Shown piece by piece: positions 53,173 to 64,000 of a DNA stretch of 64,000 nucleotides. Source of the DNA: Octopus sinensis (taxonomy: Eukaryota). A model generated the notes under the pieces. The model made no database searches. It was given only the letters and a program-made list of their open reading frames with translations, and was not told the DNA's origin. The position numbers were made by a program, and so were the translations under genes. The stretch is taken from NCBI RefSeq assembly GCF_006345805.1, contig NC_043011.1:30206464-30270463 (forward strand), given 5' to 3'. Each line of letters opens with the position of its first letter. The first letter of the stretch is position 1.

Positions 53173-53475
53173 GGAGGCACAATGGCCCAGTGGTTAGGGC
53201 AGCGGACTCACAGTCGGAGGATTGCGGTTTCAATTCCCAGACCAAGTGTTGTGTGTGTTTATTGAGCAAAAATACCTAAAGCCCCACGAAGCTCCAGCAG
53301 GGGGTGGTGGCGACCCCTGTTGTACTCTTTCACCCCAACTTTCTCTTACTCTTTCTTCCTGTTTCTTGGGTAACACTGCAATGGACTGGCGTCCTGTCCA
53401 GCTGGGGGGAACACATATGCCACAGAAACCGGGAAACCGGGCCCATGAGCCTGGCTAGGCTTGAAAAGAGCACAT
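53173..53475 (+). mobile_element. SINE family D
   Basis: Matches 5325-5626. Confidence 0.9.
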
Positions 53476-53728
53476 AAATAGAAAAAAAATGTTCACACAC
53501 TCATAAACAGAGAGAGGGAGGAGAGCATTAATGAGACATTAAAGCATCTGATGTCAAATAAGACAGTATTAAATCAGTGACACCAAAGAGATAGCACCAA
53601 AACAGCAGAACCAGAACATCTTTATCTGTTCTTATTATGACACAACCATGAATTAAAACTAATACCTTTAATCTACCTTGCTGCAAAATAGTTGTTGTGT
53701 ACCCTGCACACTTTTTGCTGTTAAACAG

Positions 53729-53816
53729 AGGAGATGGTGAAAGGAACATTATTGAATCTATTCCGACTGTTCCTAGACACATCAGGGTATACAGAAATGA
53801 ATTATCTATCTTATGA
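53729..53816 (+). CDS. Candidate terminal exon (R)GDGERNIIESIPTVPRHIRVYRNELSIL*
   Basis: Acceptor ctttttgctgttaaacag, protein-like 29-aa phase-2 frame, S-x-L PDZ-type end, AATAAA at 53941, 53991 and 54004. Confidence 0.35.
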
Positions 53817-54986
53817 CAGAATGAATGTAGAAGGGAAAGAAGAGGAGAAAAAAATAGATGGATGCTTTTGTTATGCAAAAGATTTGGAGGAAACAAAATG
53901 ATCATTCAACACTTTTTTTATTTATTTGTGTTATGCTTTCAATAAATCTTTTTCTTTTTTGTTTTTAGTATTTTTCATGTGATTGCATTCAATAAATTTC
54001 AAGAATAAACTATTGTTCTGCATCCTTTAATAGCAAATAAATAAATAAATAAATAAATAAATAAAATGTTCATAACATTGAAAATTGCATTACAAAAATG
54101 CTACTTGATCACCTCAATTTAAATTGCACAGGACAGCAAATAATATTTTATTTGTTTCACTTCGTTGTTATAACAAAACACCAGCTGAACTTTGCTCTGC
54201 ATTTGTATTTATTCTTTATAAATCATTATATAACATAGGACACAATGCAAGGGTTTTGTTTTGTTCTGTTTTTTTTTGTTTTTTTTTCTCATACAGGTAC
54301 TAAGAAAAGCTAGTGTTTTGAATCAATATAAAAAAACCCTGTTCACCTCAGTTCAGCTCCTGTTTCTATATTGTTAAGTGAGAAAAGAAAACAAAAATTT
54401 TTGCTCTACTTAAAATAATAGTCCAGTAATTATAAGCCAATGAGGGAGTCTGTATATTGTCATTCAGCCTACTAGAAATAGCAGCAAAATCTCCTTCAAA
54501 TCACACCTTACTATCTGCTGTGTATGCCACACTTAGCTGGTTGCACTAAGGTAATATAAATTATCCAGCCATAAGATAGTGGGGTGGAAGCATGTGACTT
54601 GTGGTTTTGATTCCTGGACCGAGTGATGTGTTGTGTTCTTGAGCAAAACACTTCATTTCATGTTGCTCTGGTCCACTCAGTTGGCAAAAATGAGTAACAC
54701 TGCAACATACTTGTGTCTCATCCAGGTGGGGAAACCAAGAAACTAACCCTTATGAATCAGTATGACTTGAGAAGGCAGCTAAAAAAAAAGGTAGTGGGGC
54801 TAGGGGTGTCAGCCAAGGCTGACCTTTCATCTTTACATTTATGTGCAAACCTGACAAGATACTTTGAGAAAGACTGGCAGTAGCCCATACATGCAAGTCT
54901 TCCCTCTGAACATTATTGATATTTATGTATGAGAAGGGCAATAGTGTCATCAGATAATGCAAGGCATCTTTTCTGACCTTCTAGTA

Positions 54987-55308
54987 CACTGGTTCTTAAC
55001 TGGGGTCCATATAAGATTTTTCTGGGTCTACACAACAAAATAGTAAATTGGGTATCTACAATAGTATTTTAAGGGCCCCTGAAAAATTTTCGTTTCAGAT
55101 GTATGTATTGCAAGAAAAAGTGAGGTTTCTTTTTCTAACATTTTATATACATCAACCAACAAAAGTAAATATGTGAAAAACAAAATAAGAATTTCGAAAG
55201 AAATTTCTGTAAAACTAGTTTTTAAACATTGAATGGCTATGGGGGTCCACTAGAATAAAATAGTAATCAAATGGGGTTCATAGATAAAAAAATGGTTGAG
55301 AACCCCTG
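54987..55308. mobile_element. hAT-Charlie-like MITE
   Basis: TIRs cactggttctta / tgagaacccctg; 8-bp TSD ttctagta/atctagta. Confidence 0.85.
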
Positions 55309-56457
55309 ATCTAGTAGTTCTGCTAATCCGCTACCTTAGATTGATACTTTTTACTGAACCCCAAAAGAGAAAGCTGACCATCATAGGATTTGAGCTCAGG
55401 ACACAGACACTCAGATAAGCACTGTGCTAATTCTTCGCTTTATCCAGCCTAGAACACAAATAAGCTACAGCAGATTTGATCTCATTATTTGTGAGCTGAT
55501 GCATAATCCAGTGTCTTATCTATTCGGTTATTTCACTACTGCCAAGTATTATAAATTACAGACGAAAATTCTCAATGATTTACTAGTATATCATATTAAA
55601 GTAGTATAAAACTTTATATCCTTTTGATTAAATCCTTCAACTTATTTTTTTTTTTTAAATGAACTACAATCCATATAACTTATCAAAATGCTACTCTGTA
55701 GTTTCCAGCTAATGTTTTTTTCTATTTGTCACTTTAATGAAATTTCATTTTTGTACTACAACATACTTCAATTTATTTCAAGTTTCATACTCTTTATTGC
55801 ATGATATATCTACATATAAACATTTTAATTTTCTTTTGGTTGTTGTTTGTAAATGTTCTTTATGTCGTAGCTGTTACTTCTATTTTAAAACTTTCACTAA
55901 CGCATGGTTTCCACCATAAGTAATTTTGCAGTTTCATTTTTATCTTACTTAATATAGTTTCTCAAAATGCTACATTTGATATTCTATAGCTTTGGCTTTT
56001 GAAAATATGTAATAATTTATCGTATTATCATCATTTTCTTCTTATCATCATGCTGTTATGTAGCAAAGTAGCAAAGACTTTCACTGAGAGATTCCCTCAG
56101 ACTACCTCAGTTTATCTAACAAACTGTCAAGTTAGAACCACTTGCATTCATTTCACGATTGAGTAGTTAGAATTAAGGTAAGCTTATCTTTTTGTAAAAC
56201 AACAATTCAAACAATTTGCTATGCCATCAAGCATATAATAGTAAAATATGCTGTTGGTAAAATATTTGAAATATATTTTATACAATCCTAACATGAATTA
56301 ACTGAAAATGACAAATGCTGCAAGGATAAATTCCAAATGATTTGGATCTGTGAAGATTCAGGTTTGATTCCACAACTTTTATTTCATTTCACATGTTTTG
56401 CTCATGTCTTTGAGGAAAGAATTTAAAAAAAGCAAACAACATTCTCTGTTATACATA

Positions 56458-56673
56458 TGAGGGTGTACTGAAAAGTTCCTGGTTTGGGGTAAAAGAAAAT
56501 ACAGGAGGATCAGTTAATTATGATTTCATTCAACATATTCCCCTCTCAGATTCACACACTTATCACAGCAGTTCTTCAGTTTTTCTAAGCCCTCTAAAAG
56601 AACTGAGAATGTTGGGCCTCCAATCAGGCGTTTTGTAATACCCTTAAAGCCAGGAACTTTTCAGTACCCATTC
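56458..56673. mobile_element. Mariner-derived MITE
   Basis: TIRs tgagggtgtactgaaaagttcctgg / ccaggaacttttcagtacccattca, TA flanks. Confidence 0.85.
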
Positions 56674-57367
56674 ATATTTCCAAGTATCGGACAGATTGCT
56701 TGACAGTAATTGTTCCCACTAGTTGCACTCTGAGCTCAAATCTCACTGAGAACAACTCTGCATCCCATTCTTTTGACTTTGATAAATTACAAGTTCTGTA
56801 CAGAGGTGAACTCTTCTCTTTCTGTTCTCTCTTCTACTCTCTTATAAAATAAATCAGCTGTAGCTGGACCTGAAGGTTGTTGGTATACATTAGGTCTAAA
56901 AATGCCCCTGTTTGTTTATTTAAGCCTTTCATTCCCCAGGGAACATCGGCCAAACATGACTTTTTTCCACTCTTTACAACTGTGAGCTGTTTTTTCCACT
57001 TCTCTCCAAAAGGATCCCAGCTTTTCCTATTCTACTTCAGTATCACTAGTTAAGGTTATCTCAACAAGTTTTCTGACATAATAGAACATAGTATTGACTT
57101 ATAAAAGTGTTGTAATATGCTAATATAATAGAACACAATATTGATTTATGTCTGTAGAGATAACCTTAGCAAATGATATAATAGCACTGCTGACACAATA
57201 GAACAGAGTATTGACTTATAAAAGTGCTTGATATACTTTGTAATATATTATGGTTGCATAATAAAATATGGTGTCACTACACATCATTGATACTTTGGTA
57301 TCATGCCTCCAGTTATTTCAGAAAAGGGGTCAGTCTTGTACTTTCCCTTCAGATTTTGCTGTACCAC

Positions 57368-57869
<502 letters not shown>

Positions 57870-57899
57870 TCATATATTTCCCCAAGGGAAAGCCTCCCA

Positions 57900-58125
57900 C
57901 TCCCAGGTTTTGCTGGTTCTGAATTGCTGTTGATGCTTCTGCAACTTTGCTGTTGGCCCTATGAAGACTTAATTATATTTTTAGCAAGAGGTGATCCATA
58001 TTAGTTTGCCTTCTGTCTCTTGACTTGTCTGACATGGGATGCTCTACCAAGAGTTTGCACTACACTGGTGTAGCTCTCAGGGTCACTGAAGAACATAAGC
58101 CAGTACACCACAGCAAGGCTTGGAC
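57900..58125 (-). mobile_element. Decayed RTE 5' UTR fragment
   Basis: Related to 215-345. Confidence 0.45.
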
Positions 58126-58299
58126 ATTGTGGTGGTAAAAATACTTGAGATACACAATCACTATTACTCTATTAAGAAACTGAGCATCCAGAGCAAGAAC
58201 AGATGATAAAAATATATATTTAAGTCAATTGTGATCTTCAATATGATGTAATCCCACCACATTAGGCAGCTAAGAACTAGTAATATATTTTATTCTCAG

Positions 58300-58360
58300 A
58301 CATAATGTAGCCACCAACTACTACCATAATTATTTATATTCTTTAAAGAAATCAGCATAA
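58300..58360 (+). CDS. Candidate terminal exon (R)HNVATNYYHNYLYSLKKSA*
   Basis: Acceptor atatttttattctcag, phase 2, AATAAA near 58405. Confidence 0.2.
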
Positions 58361-58678
58361 AATTCCTGGAAATTTTAAAACACATAAAACACAAAAAATT
58401 TTTAAATAAACCACAAACAGTAAAACTACGATGGCTACAGGGCAGGATTTTTTTTTTAAAGCTATAATCTTTTAAATTAAATAATCACTTTTAAACAAAC
58501 ATCACCAGCACGCTAACAGAATCATAAATTGCCATTGGATGTATTCACTATGTGTTTGGTGTTTCATAGCCAGAAGCAATGAAGTGTGTACACTAATGCC
58601 TCGGGACTATTGCCTTCAGTCATAGCATTTATTTTTCCCATTATTATTACACCCCCTTATTCGGAGTGTAATATTGCT

Positions 58679-58906
58679 TGCATATATGCTAGACAGAATT
58701 TGTTGAGGTGGATTTACCTACAGCTGATACCCATCCAATTCCATACCCTCATTTGTTTATAGGCAGGCTAATATTTCCCCATAGCCAAACATGTTTTCCA
58801 ACAAAAATTGGAAATTAACAAACTTATTTGCATGATAATGTCACTCATTTACAGCCATCACATGTTATCTAGACAAGGGTACACATAAACATACATACAT
58901 ATACAT

Positions 58907-58940
<34 letters not shown>

Positions 58941-59319
58941 CAGATTTCTTTTTGGTTACCATATACCAAACATAATTGGTTAACATATACCAAATCACAA
59001 TTTATCTCGTTTCAATTTTGGTGATGATTTTTCTATATCAAATATGTTGTATTACACACAAGTACAATAATTTCAATATAATATCATTTGAGTGAAGCTT
59101 TTGTCTGTTGTCTTGTTTCCATCATTGAACTCCAGCCATGCTAAATCACCACACTGGAGTGGGGTATTTTTAGCTGAACAAATCAATCCCAGTATTTATA
59201 TCTTTTTGTTTTGTTTTAAGTGTCTAGTATTTATTTTATTGGTCTCTTTTACCAAACCACTAAATTATGGGGACATAAACAAACCAACACTGACAGTGGG
59301 GGAGTGACAAACAATGACA

Positions 59320-59387
<68 letters not shown>

Positions 59388-60090
59388 TATGTATATATAT
59401 GTATGTCTGCATGTATGTATATATACACATAGACAATGGGCTTTACAGATTTTGTCTACCAAAGTCACAAGACATTGGTTGGTCCTGATCTATAGTAGAA
59501 GACACTTGCCTAAGATATTGCAAATCTAGCTTCACAATCACACAGTCATGTGTAGTATTTTTTAAATAAATTCTATGATTTAACTATTTAAAAATATCTA
59601 AAGTTAAAATTGTTTGAAAGCAAAGACAATACAACTTGAAATATAGGATTGCCAACAGAAGCAAGAAGTTAAGAAGACAGACTACAAAAAAGACCTGAAA
59701 AGATGACACACTTAAGACAATCAAGGAAACAGAATGTAACATTAGTAATTTAAGGATCAAGAAGGCCTTCATCATTTAATGTCTACTTTTCCATGATTGC
59801 ATATATGTTAGATGGAATTTGTTGAGGTAGATTTATCTACAGATGATACCCATCCTATTCCGTACGCTCATCTGTTTACAGGCAAGTTAATATTTCCCCA
59901 TAGCCAAACATGTTTTCTAACAATGACGGGAAATTAACAACCTTATTTGCATAATAGTGTCACTCCTTTACAGCCATCACATGATATCTAGACAAGGGTA
60001 CACATAAGCGTACATACATATACATGCATGTGTGTCTGTGTGTGTGTGTGTGTGTTACAGACTTCTTTTTGGTTTCCATATACCAAATCA
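58679..60090. repeat. Direct duplication of an approximately 290-bp decayed RTE-tail/SINE composite (58679-58970 and 59798-60090)
   Basis: Shared tgcatatatg.taga..gaatttgttgagg...catataccaaa. Confidence 0.85.
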
Positions 60091-60221
60091 CAAAGCATTG
60101 ATGGGCCTGGGACAATAGTAGAAGACATTTGTTTACGATGAACAAAGTGGAACTGAATCCAAGACCACAGTACCACATAGTTGGGAATCAAGTGCTAATC
60201 AGATTGGTTATTGTAATTAAA

Positions 60222-60643
60222 CCTATCTTATTTCTTTACTGCCCACAAGGGGCTACACACAGAGAGGACAAACAAGGACAGACAAACGGATTAAGTCGAT
60301 TATATCGACCACAGTGCGTAGCTGGTACTTATTTAATCGACCCCAAAAGGATGAAAGGCAAAGTCGACCTCAGCGGAATTTTAACTCAGAATGTAGTTGT
60401 AGACGAAATACCTATTTCTTTACTACCCACAAGGGGCTAAACACAGAGAGGACAAACAAGGACAGACAAATGGATTAAGTCGATTATATCGACCCCAGTG
60501 TGTAACTGATACTTATTTAATCGACCCCGAAAGGACGAAAGGCAAAGTCGACCTCGGCGGAATTTGAACTCAGAACGTAACAGCAGACGAAATACCACTA
60601 AGCATTTTGCCCAACGGGCTAACGTTTCTGCCAGCTCGCCACC
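60222..60643 (-). mobile_element. SINE family B with duplicated 3' portion
   Basis: Two tandem body and tail copies. Confidence 0.9.
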
Positions 60644-60966
60644 TATCTGTACATGTCACAACCCCACTCCAACATATCTGAGCAAAAGTTACCAGCACAA
60701 CACCAACCTCCATTCTTTCTTAATAAGAGGTTATTGACCCCTGAAATATAGACATATAATGTAAAGTGTAAACCATTGTTCTCCGTATCTTACTTTCTTT
60801 TGTTTCAACACCTATATTTCAATTTACATTGTATTAGCTTTTGAACAATTTTGACCTTACAATCATTTCAGTTATGCCTTGAACAGTGAAAATATAACTA
60901 AAGAATAAAAAGATTTTTGCATTCCTTTGCTTTGCCTTCTCATTTTTTTTTTGATCTATGCCACAG

Positions 60967-61051
60967 TATGAATATATTTCATATGAGAAATGTCAACTTT
61001 CTTAGCCAATCAAATTCTTTATACTGTTATAAGAAAATATATCTTGACTAA
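60967..61051 (+). CDS. Candidate terminal exon (S)MNIFHMRNVNFLSQSNSLYCYKKIYLD*
   Basis: Long pyrimidine tract ending gccacag, phase 2, resembles the 10128 and 58300 peptides. Confidence 0.28.
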
Positions 61052-61603
61052 AACAGGGTATCCTATCTGTACAGCTGCTGCTGTTGCTGTTGGTTTTGTA
61101 GGTTGTACACTTTTGTCAATTGTTAAAAGCTACGAGATCGTAGTGTTAACGTGACATGTTGGATAGATCATTTAGATAGCTAAAGTTTATGGTAGAAACT
61201 GTGGTTAGCTTGACATGTTTCCCCAATAAGAATAGCTTTTTCAAACAACCACTTTCTTGAGTGAAATTGCAGAAAGTATGGCAGCTGATATGCATAGAAT
61301 TAGTGCAAATTCTATTGCGTTATGATCAACTAGTGCATCAACTCTTGTGTAAAATGGCTGAGACGCATAAATGTAGAAGACCTCCTGTCAATAGCATAAG
61401 TGCAGTCACATGTTATTTTGTTTATGTTTTTTGTTTTCTTTTGTTTATGTTTTTTTATCTAGTGTTGTTTTTTTAAGCAGGCATATATTAATAGTAAATT
61501 AATATTGATTTCTTACATAGTCACAAGACCTCAAATGTGGGGGGGTGGATATACTCAATTAGACCAACCTCAACAAGATTTCAATTTCAAACATAAAGAA
61601 TGC

Positions 61604-61654
<51 letters not shown>

Positions 61655-61655
<1 letters not shown>

Positions 61656-61983
61656 GCAGAAGTAGTGGGGGAGCATCAGTACATTCTTTTGTCTTGGAAT
61701 AAAAGATGGGTTACAGTAAATATTCTGTTCAGTACCACAGATTTGCTTGTCAGTTGTTTGACTATAACTGGTTGAGCATGTTCCTTAGTGGCTGACGATA
61801 TGCGCATCTCTGATCATGTGCAGGAGTAGTGGGGGAGCATCATAGCCATGTGTTGAAAGGAATTCTTTGGGGTCTGAATAATTCACCTTTGGAAACATGG
61901 GTGTTTCGTTCAACATCCTTAAACAACACTTATTCAGGGACCTTTTGAACAGAATGGGCTACTCAACTTGAAGAAAATTCTAA
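61655..61983 (-). mobile_element. (ATT)n-associated retroposon, same family as 18674-19430
   Basis: Reverse-complement match, adjacent to (AAT)n. Confidence 0.8.
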
Positions 61984-62246
61984 TAATGGTTTCAAATTTT
62001 GGTAGAAGGAGAAGTTAGTCAATTACATTGACCCCACCAGTCTTCAAGACTCTGAAAGGATGAAATAATATAAATTCAACCACTGCATGATTTGAACTCA
62101 GAACGTAAAGAGTTAGAAGAAAGCTGCTAAACATTTTGTCTGTTGCATTGGCAATTGTACCAGCTTGCCAGCTTGCATGCTACAGCCCTAAGCCAACTAA
62201 TGTCTTGTGAATAGGATCAGTAGACGGAAGCTAGGTGGAAGCCTGT

Positions 62247-62642
62247 TATGTGTGTGTTTGTGTGAATGTGTGTGTGATTGTGTGAGTGTGTGTGTGTGTG
62301 TGCGCTTGTGTATGTGTATGCTTGTGTGTGTGTGTGTGCGTGTGTGCTTGTGTATGTGTGTTCTTGTGTGTGTCTGCGTATGCATGAGCATGTGTGTGTG
62401 TGTCTGTGTGTGTATTTGTGTGTGTGTGTGCGTGAGTGTGTTTGTGTGTGAGTGTGTATGTTTGTGTGTGTGTGTGTGCATGTGTGTGTGTGTCTGTGTG
62501 AGTGTGTGTTTGTATGTGTGCCTCTGTGTGTGTGTGTGTGAGTGCATGTGTGTGAGTGTGTCTGTTTGTGTGTCTGTGTGTGTGTGTTTTTGTGTGAGTG
62601 TATCTGTGTGTTGTCAGTGTGCATTTGTCTGTGTGTGTTTGA
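62247..62642. repeat. Degenerate (TG)n expansion inside a SINE A centre
   Basis: Direct reading. Confidence 0.92.
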
Positions 62643-62863
62643 GTGTTCACTTAACTGGCAAATATGAATCGTGCCTGTAATTCAAAGGGCCTGTCTTGTC
62701 ACATTCTGTAATTCTGTGTCACACTGAATCTCCCTAAGATCTACATTAATGGCACGCATGTCTTTGAAGTGCTCACCCACTTGTACATTAATTTCTTGAG
62801 CAGGCTGTTCCATTCATGGGATCAACTAGAATCCTCGTCATCACAATCGACAGAGTTTCAGTT

Positions 62864-62895
<32 letters not shown>

Positions 62896-62896
62896 C

Positions 62897-62930
<34 letters not shown>

Positions 62931-62963
62931 CTCTGTGTGTGTGTGTGTGTTTGTGTGTGTGTG

Positions 62964-63002
<39 letters not shown>

Positions 63003-64000
63003 GATGTTGGCATTGTGTGGCTTCACTTATTACTGTCTAAGCAAAATGGTAATAAGATGTTTGAATTTTTTGTTGACCTTAAAACTGGTCCCCGTGATTT
63101 CAAAAACCAGTAGAATAAATAGTTTTAAATGCTTTACTTGAAAAAGAAAACACAGACAAAGCTTGCTGACAGGATGAGCATCCTGCTATAAAATACTGCC
63201 ACAAAAAAGGTTCCTTCTAACCCATCCCAACATAAAAAAAAACCCAGATGTTAAGCAAACAAAGGTGTAATCTGAACACATTTAGTCTTCCTGTGAAATG
63301 TGGGTTCTTCCAGTAAGTTGAATTCTCATTTGAAGCTGCAGTGAACAACAAACACCGTTTCTTAGTTCTATGGCCCTAGAGGTTGGGGGTCACATTCGCA
63401 GGAAGAATAAATATCGTTATCAGTTCACTTGGCATCCACTTTTCCATGCATTCATGGTTTAGACGGAATTTTTTAAGGCAGATTTCCACATTGCATGCCC
63501 TTCCTGTCACCAACTATTACCTGTTTCCAAGCAAGGTGATATTTTCCCATATCCAGACATATTTTTCTTCTTGGATGGCAGGAAATGAATGACATCACTT
63601 GTATGCTGTTGCTTATTTACAACAATTACACAACCTTAAGACAATTGCATCCACACACACACACACACACACACGCCCACACACACACATGCACATGTAT
63701 GCATATATACATACATTTATAATGGGCTTCTTTTAGTTACTGTCACCCAAATCCACTCACAAAGCTTTCGTCAACTCAGGTGCCATCTCGTTGGATCGAA
63801 CCCCAGACCATATGGTTTAGAAGCAACCCTCTTCCCACGCAGCTACATGTGTACCATTATGTAACAGAATCAACAAAGATAAGTTGAATGCTTTACAATT
63901 TCATACTGATGTAATGATAATATTCTTTAAGAATAAGTTAATTAAAAAATAATTAAAATCTTAATTGCAATTTTTTTAGCATTATCATGCAATATGTAAG

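Overview
AT-rich, microsatellite-saturated eukaryotic DNA, most likely from an octopus or other coleoid cephalopod (inferred from the tRNA-derived SINE families, RTE LINE tails ending in (GAT)n, and dense TA/TACA/GATA/ATT repeats). Nearly all supplied ORFs are microsatellite or SINE artefacts. The well-supported content is transposon-derived: four SINE families, RTE, CR1/Jockey-like and Penelope-like (PLE) remnants, mariner, Tc2-like, hAT and piggyBac-like elements, and Helitrons, often nested with readable target-site duplications (TSDs). Several TA-embedded PLE terminal-repeat fragments carry recognisable minimal type I hammerhead ribozymes. No host gene can be named. Unique-sequence islands hold plus-strand splice acceptors followed by short phase-2 reading frames with stops, some sharing an NxxY/LY pattern. 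This may be an array of alternative last exons of one large gene, but it is a hypothesis that needs RNA data. Repeat boundaries are read by eye and are approximate.
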